From: Desulfocapsa sulfexigens DSM 10523
GTDB lineage: Bacteria > Desulfobacterota > Desulfobulbia > Desulfobulbales > Desulfocapsaceae
Assembly: GCF_000341395.1 (NCBI RefSeq)
Contig: NC_020304.1
Coordinates: 2,340,001-2,372,000, forward strand
DNA length: 32,000 nucleotides
Direction: 5' to 3'
Positions 1 to 8,215 of this stretch are shown piece after piece. Numbering within the stretch: the stretch's first letter is position 1; each line of letters opens with the position of its first letter. The notes beneath the pieces are model-generated. The model ran no database searches. It saw only the letters and a list, made by a program, of their open reading frames with translations, and was not told the origin of the DNA. Position numbers and translations under genes: made by a program.

Positions 1-81
1 GGCGTGTTGTATAAAAAAGTTAAAGAAGAAGATCTGCTGGAGACTTTTCTGGCGGAATTGAAAAAAATAGAAGGTTTATAG
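1..81 (+). CDS. 3' end of an upstream gene that runs off the window (last 26 codons ...[26 protein letters not shown]). Possibly the IspG/GcpE C-terminus.
   Basis: Frame 1 is open from base 1 to TAG at 79-81. The product guess rests only on resemblance of the tail to IspG C-termini and on the ispG-proS neighbourhood seen in other deltaproteobacteria. Confidence 0.3.
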   Translation, partial: GVLYKKVKEEDLLETFLAELKKIEGL

Positions 82-83
82 AG

Positions 84-1796
84 ATGAGATTTTCCAAATC
101 ACTGATTCCCACACTTAAAGAGACCCCTGCAGAGGCAGAGGTTGTCAGTCATCGCCTCCTGTTGCGAGCTGGTTTTATACGAAAACTCACAGCAGGTATT
201 TACACCTACCTTCCCCTTGGCCTTGCTGCCATTAGAAAGGTAGAGCAAATTGTACGAGAAGAGATGACACGGGCAGGGGCTCAGGAACTTCTCATGCCCA
301 TGGTTCAGCCGGCAGACCTTTGGCACGAAACGGGTCGCTATAAGAAATACGGGCCCGAATTGCTTCGTTTTGTCGACAGGCATGATCGTGAATCCTGTCT
401 TGGTCCAACCCACGAAGAAGTTATCACTGATCTGGCGCGGCGTGAAATCCGATCTTATCGTGACCTTCCCATGAATCTGTACCAGATACAGACAAAATTC
501 AGGGATGAGATCAGACCTCGATTTGGGCTGATGCGTGGTCGTGAATTCATTATGAAAGATGCATATTCCTTTGATGTTGATGATAGTACGGCAGAGGAAT
601 CCTATCAGTGCATGTATGATGCCTATAAAAGGATATTTACGCGTTGTGGACTGGAGTATCGCCCCGTCGAAGCAGATTCAGGAACCATCGGAGGGAGTTT
701 CTCCCATGAGTTTATGGTCCTGGCTGACACCGGTGAGGACACCCTGGTGATCTGTTCCGGTTGTGACTATGCTGCTAACAGTGAAAAAGCCGTAGTTGCA
801 GCACCTGGAAGAGACGAAAGTCCCATGCTCCCTCTGGAGAAAATGGAAACGCCCGGTAAGCGAAAAGTTTCCGCGGTGTGCGAATTCATGGGGATTTCTC
901 CCAAAGAACTTGTCAAAACCATGGTGTATAAGGCAGGTGAGGAAGCCGTTGCGGTACTTGTCCGTGGAGATCGTGAGGTGCAGGAGGTGAAACTCAAGAA
1001 CTTTCTTGGTGTTGTCGATGTTGAGATGCTTGATGATAAAGATGTCTTCGCTGCAACCGGTGTTCCAACAGGATATCTTGGTCCTGTCGGCATCAAGGTA
1101 AAGCTTCTGGTTGATAATGAGGTTGCGGCCATGTGCAATTTTGTGGTTGGTGCCAATGAAAAGAATCATCACCTGAAAAATGTGAACATGGGAAGGGATT
1201 TTGAGCCATTTGGCGTGGCTGATTTACGTCAGATCACCGTTGACGATCCGTGTCCCGTATGTGGTGGCGTCCTCACCATGAAAGAGGGCATAGAAGTCGG
1301 CCATGTATTTAAGCTGGGTACCGGATATTCCAAGGCTATGAACGCAGTTTTTCAGGACAGTGACGGCCAGGATAAACCCATGGTTATGGGATGCTATGGT
1401 ATTGGCGTGAGTCGAATCGTGGCGGCTGCCATTGAGCAGAATCATGACGAAAATGGAATGATTTTTCCCATGCCTCTTGCTCCCATGCAGGTGATCGTTT
1501 TGAATCTCGGTTTGAAGAATGAGCAGATCACCGGGGCTGCAGAGGCACTGTATAGGGATCTGGAGGAAAAAGGAATTGATGTTCTCCTGGATGATCGGGA
1601 CGAACGTCCGGGATCAAAATTCAAGGATGCTGATCTGCTTGGCATTCCACTACGTCTCACCGTAGGAAAACGTCTCACGCAGGATGGAGTCATTGAACTT
1701 CGATCCCGTAGAGATGGTAAGGTCGAAGAACTTGCACCGCAACAGGTGGTTGCAAGGGTACGTGAGTTAATAGAAGCAGCAATGATCAATGGTTGA
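84..1796 (+). CDS. proS: Prolyl-tRNA synthetase, bacterial type with editing insertion
   Basis: 570-aa ORF. N-terminus [35 protein letters not shown]. Class II motifs ([34 protein letters not shown]) and a long INS domain. GAAGG lies 9 nt before the ATG. Confidence 0.95.
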   Translation: MRFSKSLIPTLKETPAEAEVVSHRLLLRAGFIRKLTAGIYTYLPLGLAAIRKVEQIVREEMTRAGAQELLMPMVQPADLWHETGRYKKYGPELLRFVDRHDRESCLGPTHEEVITDLARREIRSYRDLPMNLYQIQTKFRDEIRPRFGLMRGREFIMKDAYSFDVDDSTAEESYQCMYDAYKRIFTRCGLEYRPVEADSGTIGGSFSHEFMVLADTGEDTLVICSGCDYAANSEKAVVAAPGRDESPMLPLEKMETPGKRKVSAVCEFMGISPKELVKTMVYKAGEEAVAVLVRGDREVQEVKLKNFLGVVDVEMLDDKDVFAATGVPTGYLGPVGIKVKLLVDNEVAAMCNFVVGANEKNHHLKNVNMGRDFEPFGVADLRQITVDDPCPVCGGVLTMKEGIEVGHVFKLGTGYSKAMNAVFQDSDGQDKPMVMGCYGIGVSRIVAAAIEQNHDENGMIFPMPLAPMQVIVLNLGLKNEQITGAAEALYRDLEEKGIDVLLDDRDERPGSKFKDADLLGIPLRLTVGKRLTQDGVIELRSRRDGKVEELAPQQVVARVRELIEAAMING

Positions 1797-3984
1797 CAGC
1801 GAGAAAAATGATTTTATGGTGAGTCAGGATGGTCTGAAGATTCTGACCAGGACCTATCTTAATGGGATGGATCTCAGTCCCATTGATAAAGCTTGGGATC
1901 TTGTTGTCGCCACCCATTCTGATAAACAGCATTTCTCAGGGACCCCCTATCTGGATCATACCCTGCACGTTGCTTCCACCCTGGCCTCCATGCATCTGGA
2001 TCTTGATACCATTGTGGCAGGCCTGCTCCATGGTGTCTTAAAAGAGGGTGTGGAGCTCGATGAGTTGCGAAAGCAGTTTGGTGAGAATGTGGCCATCATT
2101 GTTGATGGCTGTACTCGTATCACCAATGTTCACTATAATTCCAAACTGACTCACCAGGCCGACAATGTCAGAAAAATGCTCCTGGCAATTGCAACTGATG
2201 TCAGGGTATTGCTCGTCAAACTTGCCGATAGACTCCAGGATATGTGTCTGCTTGATACGGTACCGTTAGAACGTCAGCAGGAGATAGCACGGGAAACCAA
2301 GGATCTGTACGCTCCACTTGCCTCTCGTCTAGGCATTGACTGGATGAAGCGGGAACTGGAGGATCTGGCATTTCAATATCTGCATCCCAGTGAATATCTT
2401 GACCTGGTCACGAATCTGGAAAGTTCTCTTGAGGAACGGCAGAGGTATGTGGACGAGGTTATCTCGATTTTCCATGAAAAACTTGCTGCAAGTAATATAG
2501 AACCCACCCGTATAATTGGTCGTCCCAAGCATCTTTACTCCATCTATAAAAAACTGGTTGCCCAGAAAATCCCGTTGGAACGCGTCTATGACAAGGTAGC
2601 CTTTCGTATTATTGTGGACAGTATCAAAGACTGTTACGAGGCACTCGGCGTAATTCATGCAAACTGGTCACCTGTCCCGGGACGTATTAAGGATTTTATT
2701 TCTGTTCCCAAATCGAATAATTATCAATCCATGCATACAACTGTGATCGGGCCGCGAGATCATTTTATTGAGATCCAGATTCGTACGGAAGAGATGGACC
2801 GTATTGCCATGGAAGGTGTCGCTGCGCACTGGGCCTATAAAGAGGGCCAGAATGCCTCTGCCAGTGATACCAGGCTGTTTACTGAACTGAAAAGTCTGGT
2901 GAAGACGCTTCAGGAGGTTGATGATCCAAGAGAATTTCTGGAATCAGTTCATGGCGAGTTGGATACTCCTGAGGTGTATGCACTTACTCCAGCCGGTGAA
3001 GTAAAAGAGTTACCGACGGATTCCAGCCCCATTGATTTTGCCTATGCAATTCATACCGAGGTCGGTGATCACTGTATCGGTGCCAAAGTGAATGGCAAGC
3101 TTGTCCCCTTGAAATATATGATTCAGAATGGGGACATCATAGAAATTGTGACATCCAAAAACCAACGTCCCCGTAGGGGGTGGCTTGAACTGGTAAAAAC
3201 CAGTCGGGCACGTTCCCGGGTACGTTCGTGGCTCCGCCGGGAAGACCGAGAAAAAGCTCTTAATCTTGGCCGTGAAATTTGCGAAAAAGAACTTAAAAAC
3301 TACGACACCACCTTGAAAAAAATGGTGAAGAGCGGTCATGTGAAGCTCCTGTTAAGGGATCTTCACTGCAACTCTTTGGAAGATATGCTGGCTAAGGTCG
3401 GCAGTGGGACGATCACCATTCCTCATCTGATCAAGACTCTTCAGCCTCCGGAAATCAGAAGGGAAGAGGAGGAACGAAGGCTCAGTGAAAGCGGTCACGT
3501 TGGTGATACGCAGACAGCAGTCTCTCCTGAGCGTAAGAAGCTGATCCCTGGTTCCGCTATCCATATTGATGGGATTGACGATATGATGATAAAAATCAGT
3601 CGCTGCTGCAATCCTGTCCCGGGTGATCCCATCATTGGCTTTATCACTAACGGCCGGGGAATTTCTGTTCATAAGGCAGAATGTGCCAATCTCCTTGCGA
3701 CAGATTCACAGCGCTGGATGGATGTTGAATGGTCAAGTCATCAGGACAGTGGGCATCGGGTTGAAATTCAGGTCAGTGCCGAGAATAGCAAGGGAATATT
3801 TGCTGCCATAAGCAGCGTGATTAGTGCCGATGATGCTGATATTGTTGAGATAACAGCTAAGACAACCCCTGCTGATACAGCAGATCTTCACATAGCCGTC
3901 GAGGTTGAGGGGCTGGAGCATCTGCAGCGAGTTCTCCAGCATCTCCGTCAGATCGAGCAGGTTATAACTGCCAGGCGTGTCTGA
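1789..3984 (+). CDS. relA: Long RelA/SpoT homologue. The (p)ppGpp synthetase is intact, the N-terminal HD hydrolase motif is degenerate, and TGS and ACT domains are present.
   Basis: 731 aa. Synthetase motifs [33 protein letters not shown] and [28 protein letters not shown] segment ([31 protein letters not shown]) and C-terminal ACT-like segment. The start overlaps the proS stop (ATGGTTGA), and an alternative ATG exists at 1816. Confidence 0.9.
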   Translation: MVDSEKNDFMVSQDGLKILTRTYLNGMDLSPIDKAWDLVVATHSDKQHFSGTPYLDHTLHVASTLASMHLDLDTIVAGLLHGVLKEGVELDELRKQFGENVAIIVDGCTRITNVHYNSKLTHQADNVRKMLLAIATDVRVLLVKLADRLQDMCLLDTVPLERQQEIARETKDLYAPLASRLGIDWMKRELEDLAFQYLHPSEYLDLVTNLESSLEERQRYVDEVISIFHEKLAASNIEPTRIIGRPKHLYSIYKKLVAQKIPLERVYDKVAFRIIVDSIKDCYEALGVIHANWSPVPGRIKDFISVPKSNNYQSMHTTVIGPRDHFIEIQIRTEEMDRIAMEGVAAHWAYKEGQNASASDTRLFTELKSLVKTLQEVDDPREFLESVHGELDTPEVYALTPAGEVKELPTDSSPIDFAYAIHTEVGDHCIGAKVNGKLVPLKYMIQNGDIIEIVTSKNQRPRRGWLELVKTSRARSRVRSWLRREDREKALNLGREICEKELKNYDTTLKKMVKSGHVKLLLRDLHCNSLEDMLAKVGSGTITIPHLIKTLQPPEIRREEEERRLSESGHVGDTQTAVSPERKKLIPGSAIHIDGIDDMMIKISRCCNPVPGDPIIGFITNGRGISVHKAECANLLATDSQRWMDVEWSSHQDSGHRVEIQVSAENSKGIFAAISSVISADDADIVEITAKTTPADTADLHIAVEVEGLEHLQRVLQHLRQIEQVITARRV

Positions 3985-4057
3985 TAGAGTGACAGGGCAC
4001 AATCGAAGTCAATTAGCATGGTCCCAGGTGAACATGAACTGCTCAAGGGGGAAGAGA

Positions 4058-4333
4058 GTGAAAGAGAATATTACTGCAATGTATGCCAGAAAAAATTTTG
4101 GTCGTTTGCTGGATAAAACGGCTCTTCTCGGTGAATCCTATGTTATTGAACGGGCGGGGCGTCCCATGGCCGCTCTTGTCTCAGTTTCCCGCCTTGAGGA
4201 TTTACAGGCCGGTGGTGTGGCAATGGGAGGGGCTCTTGAAAAGCTCATAAAAAAGATTAAAGATCCCAAATCAAAAAAGCTGGAGAAGGCTATAGCTGAA
4301 GCCAGATCTGCTGCAGCCGATCTTCTTCTGTAA
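4058..4333 (+). CDS. Phd/YefM-family antitoxin-like protein (91 aa from GTG 4058; the longer ORF from 3977 is probably not used)
   Basis: AAGGGGGA at 4045-4052 lies 5 nt upstream of GTG 4058. The product MKENITAMYARKNFGRLLDKTALLGESYVIERAGRPMAALVSVSRLEDL fits the Phd/YefM N-terminal pattern. The 3977 start would overlap the relA stop and add a non-conserved 27-aa leader. Confidence 0.6.
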   Translation: MKENITAMYARKNFGRLLDKTALLGESYVIERAGRPMAALVSVSRLEDLQAGGVAMGGALEKLIKKIKDPKSKKLEKAIAEARSAAADLLL

Positions 4334-4345
4334 TCAATCTGTCTC

Positions 4346-4810
4346 ATGCACTCCTGTAATATCTGTGGCAATGAGATCGATTTTCGAACTGTACGCTGTC
4401 CTTACTGCGGAAATGATCAGGAAATTGAAAGTATGGGGCACGTCAGGCCCGAAAAGAAGATTTTCCGTTTAAAAACAGTCAATCTTGAGCAGGGATTACC
4501 CACGGTGGAACAGGCCCTTAACCGGCTTAAGAATGAAATTAGCACAGCTCGTTTAGAACAAATTACTGTGCTCACGTTGATTCACGGGTATGGATCCAGT
4601 GGAAAAGGTGGAATTATACGTCTGGAGTGTAGAAAAACTCTCCAGTATCTTTTGAGCGGTGGAGAAATAGAAGCCGTTGTTTTTGGTGAGGAATTCAGCC
4701 ACCGTCAACCCTCTGTGAAACAATTGTTGCGTCGATTTCCGGAGCTTTTACGCAATCCTCATCTGAATAATCATAATAAAGGTATCACCCTTGTGGTCCT
4801 GCTGCCCTGA
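4346..4810 (+). CDS. Zinc-ribbon plus Smr-domain protein
   Basis: 154 aa. CxxC-x10-CxxC at residues 4-21. Smr-like core VNLEQGLPTVEQALNRLK...VLTLIHGYGSSGKGGIIR. It starts 12 nt after the preceding stop with no Shine-Dalgarno of its own. Confidence 0.7.
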   Translation: MHSCNICGNEIDFRTVRCPYCGNDQEIESMGHVRPEKKIFRLKTVNLEQGLPTVEQALNRLKNEISTARLEQITVLTLIHGYGSSGKGGIIRLECRKTLQYLLSGGEIEAVVFGEEFSHRQPSVKQLLRRFPELLRNPHLNNHNKGITLVVLLP

Positions 4811-4941
4811 GGGGGACTTATTTTTGTATCATCATTATTGACCTTGCAGGATAGAAATGAGTGGTTACGTGTTAATGGGTTAGCATGATAATGGTAACCT
4901 CTATTGCTATAACTAAAATTGAAATGTGAAGGAGTTCATAG

Positions 4942-5655
4942 ATGAAGCGATTTGCCGGATTAGCCCTTGTTATCAGTCTTTCTGTCCCAGCTCTTGGTTT
5001 TGCAGTCGAGACCGAAATGAGTGAACTGAAAACATTTAAAGATAAACTCAGCTACAGTCTGGGCGTTGATATGGGAAGTTATTTGAACGGAATAGGAGAA
5101 GAGCTTGATTATGAAAAACTCCAGCTTGGCTTAAAAGACGGCTTTGAGGGAAATCAAGCTCTTTTGACACCTGAAGAAATGGAGAGTGTGCAGAAGGAAT
5201 TTGCCGAAAAAATGAAGGCAGAGCAGGAAGCTCAATTGAAGGCTTTGCAGGAAAAGAATAAAACAGATGGTGACGCCTACCTTGCAGCAAATAAAGCAAA
5301 GACAGGAGTGATCGTTACAGAGAGTGGTCTTCAGTATGAAGTTTTAAAAGAAGGAAGCGGCGCTGTCCCTACCGCTGAAGATACGGTAACGGTTCATTAC
5401 AAAGGTACCATGATCGACGGAAAAGTCTTTGATGATTCCAATGCACGGGGAGAGGCTGCAACCTTTGGTGTTACTCAGGTCATTCCCGGTTGGAGTGAAG
5501 TGCTGCAGTTGATGAAAGAGGGTGCAAGCTATCGTGTTGTTATTCCACCGTCTCTGGCGTACGGAGAGCAGGGCGTACCTCCAATGATTGAGCCAAATTC
5601 CGTTCTCGTATTCGAAGTCGATTTAATCTCTGTTGAGAAAGCTGAAAAGCAATAA
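4942..5655 (+). CDS. fkpA: Periplasmic FKBP-type peptidyl-prolyl cis-trans isomerase (FkpA/Mip architecture)
   Basis: Signal peptide MKRFAGLALVISLSVPALGFA, helical N-terminal dimerisation region, and C-terminal FKBP core (VTVHYKGTMIDGKVFDDS...GVTQVIPGWSEVLQLMKEGASYRVVIPPSLAYG). GAAGGAG precedes the ATG. Confidence 0.88.
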   Translation: MKRFAGLALVISLSVPALGFAVETEMSELKTFKDKLSYSLGVDMGSYLNGIGEELDYEKLQLGLKDGFEGNQALLTPEEMESVQKEFAEKMKAEQEAQLKALQEKNKTDGDAYLAANKAKTGVIVTESGLQYEVLKEGSGAVPTAEDTVTVHYKGTMIDGKVFDDSNARGEAATFGVTQVIPGWSEVLQLMKEGASYRVVIPPSLAYGEQGVPPMIEPNSVLVFEVDLISVEKAEKQ

Positions 5656-5693
5656 ATCCGACTCTGCTAACATTTACCTTTCAGAGGTATATA

Positions 5694-5828
5694 ATGGTTA
5701 AAAAAAAATGTTGTCAGAAGATAAAGAAAAAAGGATATTGTTGTTCGAGTTGTCCTTTAGTTGACGCACCCAAGAAGACAAAGAAAAATTCTGAGAAAAA
5801 AGATAAAAAGAAGAAAAAGAAAAAGTAG
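5694..5828 (+). CDS. Unlisted 44-aa Cys- and Lys-rich small protein MVKKKCCQKIKKKGYCCSSCPLVDAPKKTKKNSEKKDKKKKKKK
   Basis: Hand translation. AGAGG at 5683-5687 lies 6 nt before ATG 5694, and the stop is TAG 5826-5828. A strong intrinsic terminator follows 25 nt downstream. The ORF is below the 60-aa cutoff of the supplied track. Confidence 0.5.
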   Translation: MVKKKCCQKIKKKGYCCSSCPLVDAPKKTKKNSEKKDKKKKKKK

Positions 5829-5852
5829 TGTGGACTTTTCCTTCAACTGCTA

Positions 5853-5890
5853 AGCCTCGAAACATTTTGTTTCGGGGCTTTTTTTTTTTT
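5853..5890 (+). terminator. Rho-independent terminator closing the fkpA/small-ORF unit
   Basis: Stem AGCCTCGAAAC (5853-5863) pairs with GTTTCGGGGCT (5869-5879) with one G-U pair. The loop is 5 nt, followed by an uninterrupted run of 12 T (5879-5890). Confidence 0.85.
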
Positions 5891-6012
5891 GCTCTTTTTA
5901 TATATGTTGTCGGCAGTCGAATGATTGGGGTAAGTATGTCAGCGACAGCCGCACATTATCCTTAACTCTGAAAGTTGCCACTTGAGCTATTTTATTAATA
6001 TTTGGAGTGTAT

Positions 6013-6813
6013 ATGAAGATTAGCCTTACTATCGATCAGGAAACCTGTAAAAAATGCTATTCCTGTATTGCAGAATGTCCCTTCGACCTTATTAATCAGG
6101 ACCAGGAGGGCTATCCTCAGTTGCGCAAAGCTGCGGTTAAACGATGTATCCGTTGTGGGCATTGCATGGCTGTCTGTACGGTCGATGCACTCGATATTTC
6201 CATATCACCCCTAAGTCAAAGTATATCCGTGGATAAAACGCTGCTGCCGAGCCCTGATTCGGTAAAGCATTTTCTTGAGAGCAGACGCTCTATTCGTACC
6301 TATAAAAAGAAGATTGTTGAGCATTCTATTCTCGAGCAGATCCTGGATGTCAGTTGCTATTCGCCAAGTGCTCATAACTCTCAACCAGTTCACTGGATAA
6401 TGGTTGAGGATCCCGCAAAAGTAAAACGTATCGCCGGAATGGTTGTTGATTATATGCGTGATATCAAGATTTTTCCTGGACTGATTCGTGCCTGGGACCA
6501 GGGGGTTGATAAGGTTTTACGTGGGGCACCTCATCTTGCCGTTGCTCATGCTGCCCCAAAGGGGAGTGAACATATTGTTGAGGATTGTACCCTGGCCACG
6601 GCATATCTGGATCTTGCTGCGCACAGTCATGGCATCGGCAGCTGCTGGGCAGGTTTTCTTGTGCAGGCTATTCACTTCAACTACCAGCCGGTTATTGACG
6701 AACTTGAGCTTCCTGAGAATCATAAAGTGTATACAGCGCTGATGCTTGGGTATCCAAAATTTCTCTATCGCCATATCCCTCAGCGAGATCCAGTGAACGT
6801 TACCTGGAGGTGA
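6013..6813 (+). CDS. 2x[4Fe-4S] ferredoxin domain fused to a nitroreductase-family domain
   Basis: Cys motifs CKKCYSCIAECP and CIRCGHCMAVCT are followed by nitroreductase signatures (RRSIRTYKKK, SPSAHNSQPVHW). ATG 6013 lies 5 nt after GGAG, and the track start at 6007 is a GTG two codons upstream. Confidence 0.85.
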   Translation: MKISLTIDQETCKKCYSCIAECPFDLINQDQEGYPQLRKAAVKRCIRCGHCMAVCTVDALDISISPLSQSISVDKTLLPSPDSVKHFLESRRSIRTYKKKIVEHSILEQILDVSCYSPSAHNSQPVHWIMVEDPAKVKRIAGMVVDYMRDIKIFPGLIRAWDQGVDKVLRGAPHLAVAHAAPKGSEHIVEDCTLATAYLDLAAHSHGIGSCWAGFLVQAIHFNYQPVIDELELPENHKVYTALMLGYPKFLYRHIPQRDPVNVTWR

Positions 6814-7453
6814 CGGAGGTGGTAGCCTGGAGTCCTTCTAAAAGTACAAATCGTCCTAAGGAGACCACGGGGCAGGGGAAAGAACCAACAAAAAGAGGGT
6901 TGTCACAGAGCCCACCGGAGAGGTAGAGTTTTTCTGGACGTTTGGCAAAATTGTAGGCATTAATGGCAATGCCTTTAACAAATTTTGCAACGGCTGCCTC
7001 TTCACTTTCACCCGTTACCACTGCATCAAAGATGTGGCTCATTCCCAAAACACCACAGGTCACGGAAAAGGAATTCTTCGGGATTGCCATGCTGGCAAAG
7101 TCCAGGGTGTAGTATTTTTCAAGCAGTTCGATGGTGAAGCCCATGGAGGCACCACATTCAGCATTCCAGCCCATATCTTTTATCTTCCCATCACTGTAGG
7201 CAACATATTTAATATCTCGACTACCGCAGTCAAGCAGAGTGAAGGAATTTTCCTCAATCAGGCGCAGGCCTCCACGTGCAAGGGCCGTGAGTTCGTTAAC
7301 ATATTTGGTGGCGTAGCGTTTACCGTTGTGGCCTGTGGCTATGTCGACCTTCAGCTTTTTGTCGATTGAGCGGGTGGGGATCAGGCAGGGCGGGGCTGTT
7401 GCGTCTGTTTCCAACAGCTTGCAGTAGGATGTTCCAAAGTCGGCTAGTAACAT
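6800..7453 (-). CDS. Divergent BcrAD/BadFG/HgdC-family ATPase (2-hydroxyacyl-CoA dehydratase activase-like)
   Basis: The 217-aa product aligns by eye with HgdC blocks. LADFGTSYCK matches GIDVGSTASK, and LLDCGSRDIKYV matches VIDIGGQDVKVI. WNAECGASMGF matches MNDKCAAGTGRF, VTCGVLGMS matches STCTVFAES, and LSGGLCDN matches MTGGVAQN. Confidence 0.7.
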   Translation of the reverse strand: MLLADFGTSYCKLLETDATAPPCLIPTRSIDKKLKVDIATGHNGKRYATKYVNELTALARGGLRLIEENSFTLLDCGSRDIKYVAYSDGKIKDMGWNAECGASMGFTIELLEKYYTLDFASMAIPKNSFSVTCGVLGMSHIFDAVVTGESEEAAVAKFVKGIAINAYNFAKRPEKLYLSGGLCDNPLFVGSFPCPVVSLGRFVLLEGLQATTSVTSR

Positions 7454-7462
7454 GGGTCTGCG

Positions 7463-8215
7463 TTATAGTCCTGAAAGTTCCAGAAATGCCTGGATTTTTG
7501 CCTTGGCGCTGTTCCCGGCTGTCACGTCACAGTCAAGATAGAGACCATGGGGATGTTTGCCTGCAAGATGTCGGGCAAGGGCAGTTTTTGCACAGAAAGA
7601 TTGGGCGAAGAAGACCGTGGGAATGTCGGGGTTGAAATGGAGTTCCAGATCAAGATTGTCCGGGGTTTTATTTTCCATACAGCGTGTCCACCCGTAAACA
7701 TGGGTGGTATCAGGAAAGAGATTAAGCAGAGAAAAGTCCCGTGGTGGCACTCCCCAGAATCCTGCCGTAGCAGTGCAGGGTGAAAAAGATTGATATGCAT
7801 TCGGGTTTTGCACTGAAGCAGTGATTGCTGCTATCTTTTGTAAAAGCGGCATTTTCGTCTTGCATAGAGGTGTTCCGAAATTCTTACTATCGTCGTTTCT
7901 GGTTCTGATGACTTCACAGTCTGGCAGGATGTCTTCAAGAACCGTTGCTGTGTGAACGGCGCAGTCACATTTTCCGGCTCCGGTGTCAATATAAATGATG
8001 TCCGGTTTGATTGCGATACTGTTGGAGATCACCGTACGCAGGATACCGCAATAGACTCGAGGCAGGAAGGGAGAGGCCGTTTCAATGTCTATTTTTCCCT
8101 GTGGCTCATCAAGGTCAAAGACTTCAAAATCTGGGCCAGCAAGCATTTCCATGATGGTAAACGGGGGAACGCCAACAATGCCTGCACGCTTTTTTGTGAC
8201 GGAGACAGGAGGCAT
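7463..8215 (-). CDS. Cys-rich protein, possibly a short 2-hydroxyacyl-CoA dehydratase (HgdB/HGD-D)-family partner of the activase
   Basis: 250 aa from ATG 8215, which overlaps the upstream stop as TGATG. The track ORF up to 8401 would run inside the permease gene. Family assignment is weak and rests on position next to the activase and on Cys-containing blocks (GAGKCDCAVHT, FFAQSFCAKT). Confidence 0.45.
   Translation of the reverse strand: MPPVSVTKKRAGIVGVPPFTIMEMLAGPDFEVFDLDEPQGKIDIETASPFLPRVYCGILRTVISNSIAIKPDIIYIDTGAGKCDCAVHTATVLEDILPDCEVIRTRNDDSKNFGTPLCKTKMPLLQKIAAITASVQNPNAYQSFSPCTATAGFWGVPPRDFSLLNLFPDTTHVYGWTRCMENKTPDNLDLELHFNPDIPTVFFAQSFCAKTALARHLAGKHPHGLYLDCDVTAGNSAKAKIQAFLELSGL

Noticed and set aside
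5800-5890. AAA/AAG lysine-codon run and T12 tract considered as slipped-strand phase-variation sites.
   Set aside because: The T-run is the U-tract of a canonical terminator. The A-rich run is interrupted by G every few bases. There is nothing to indicate length variation from a single sequence.
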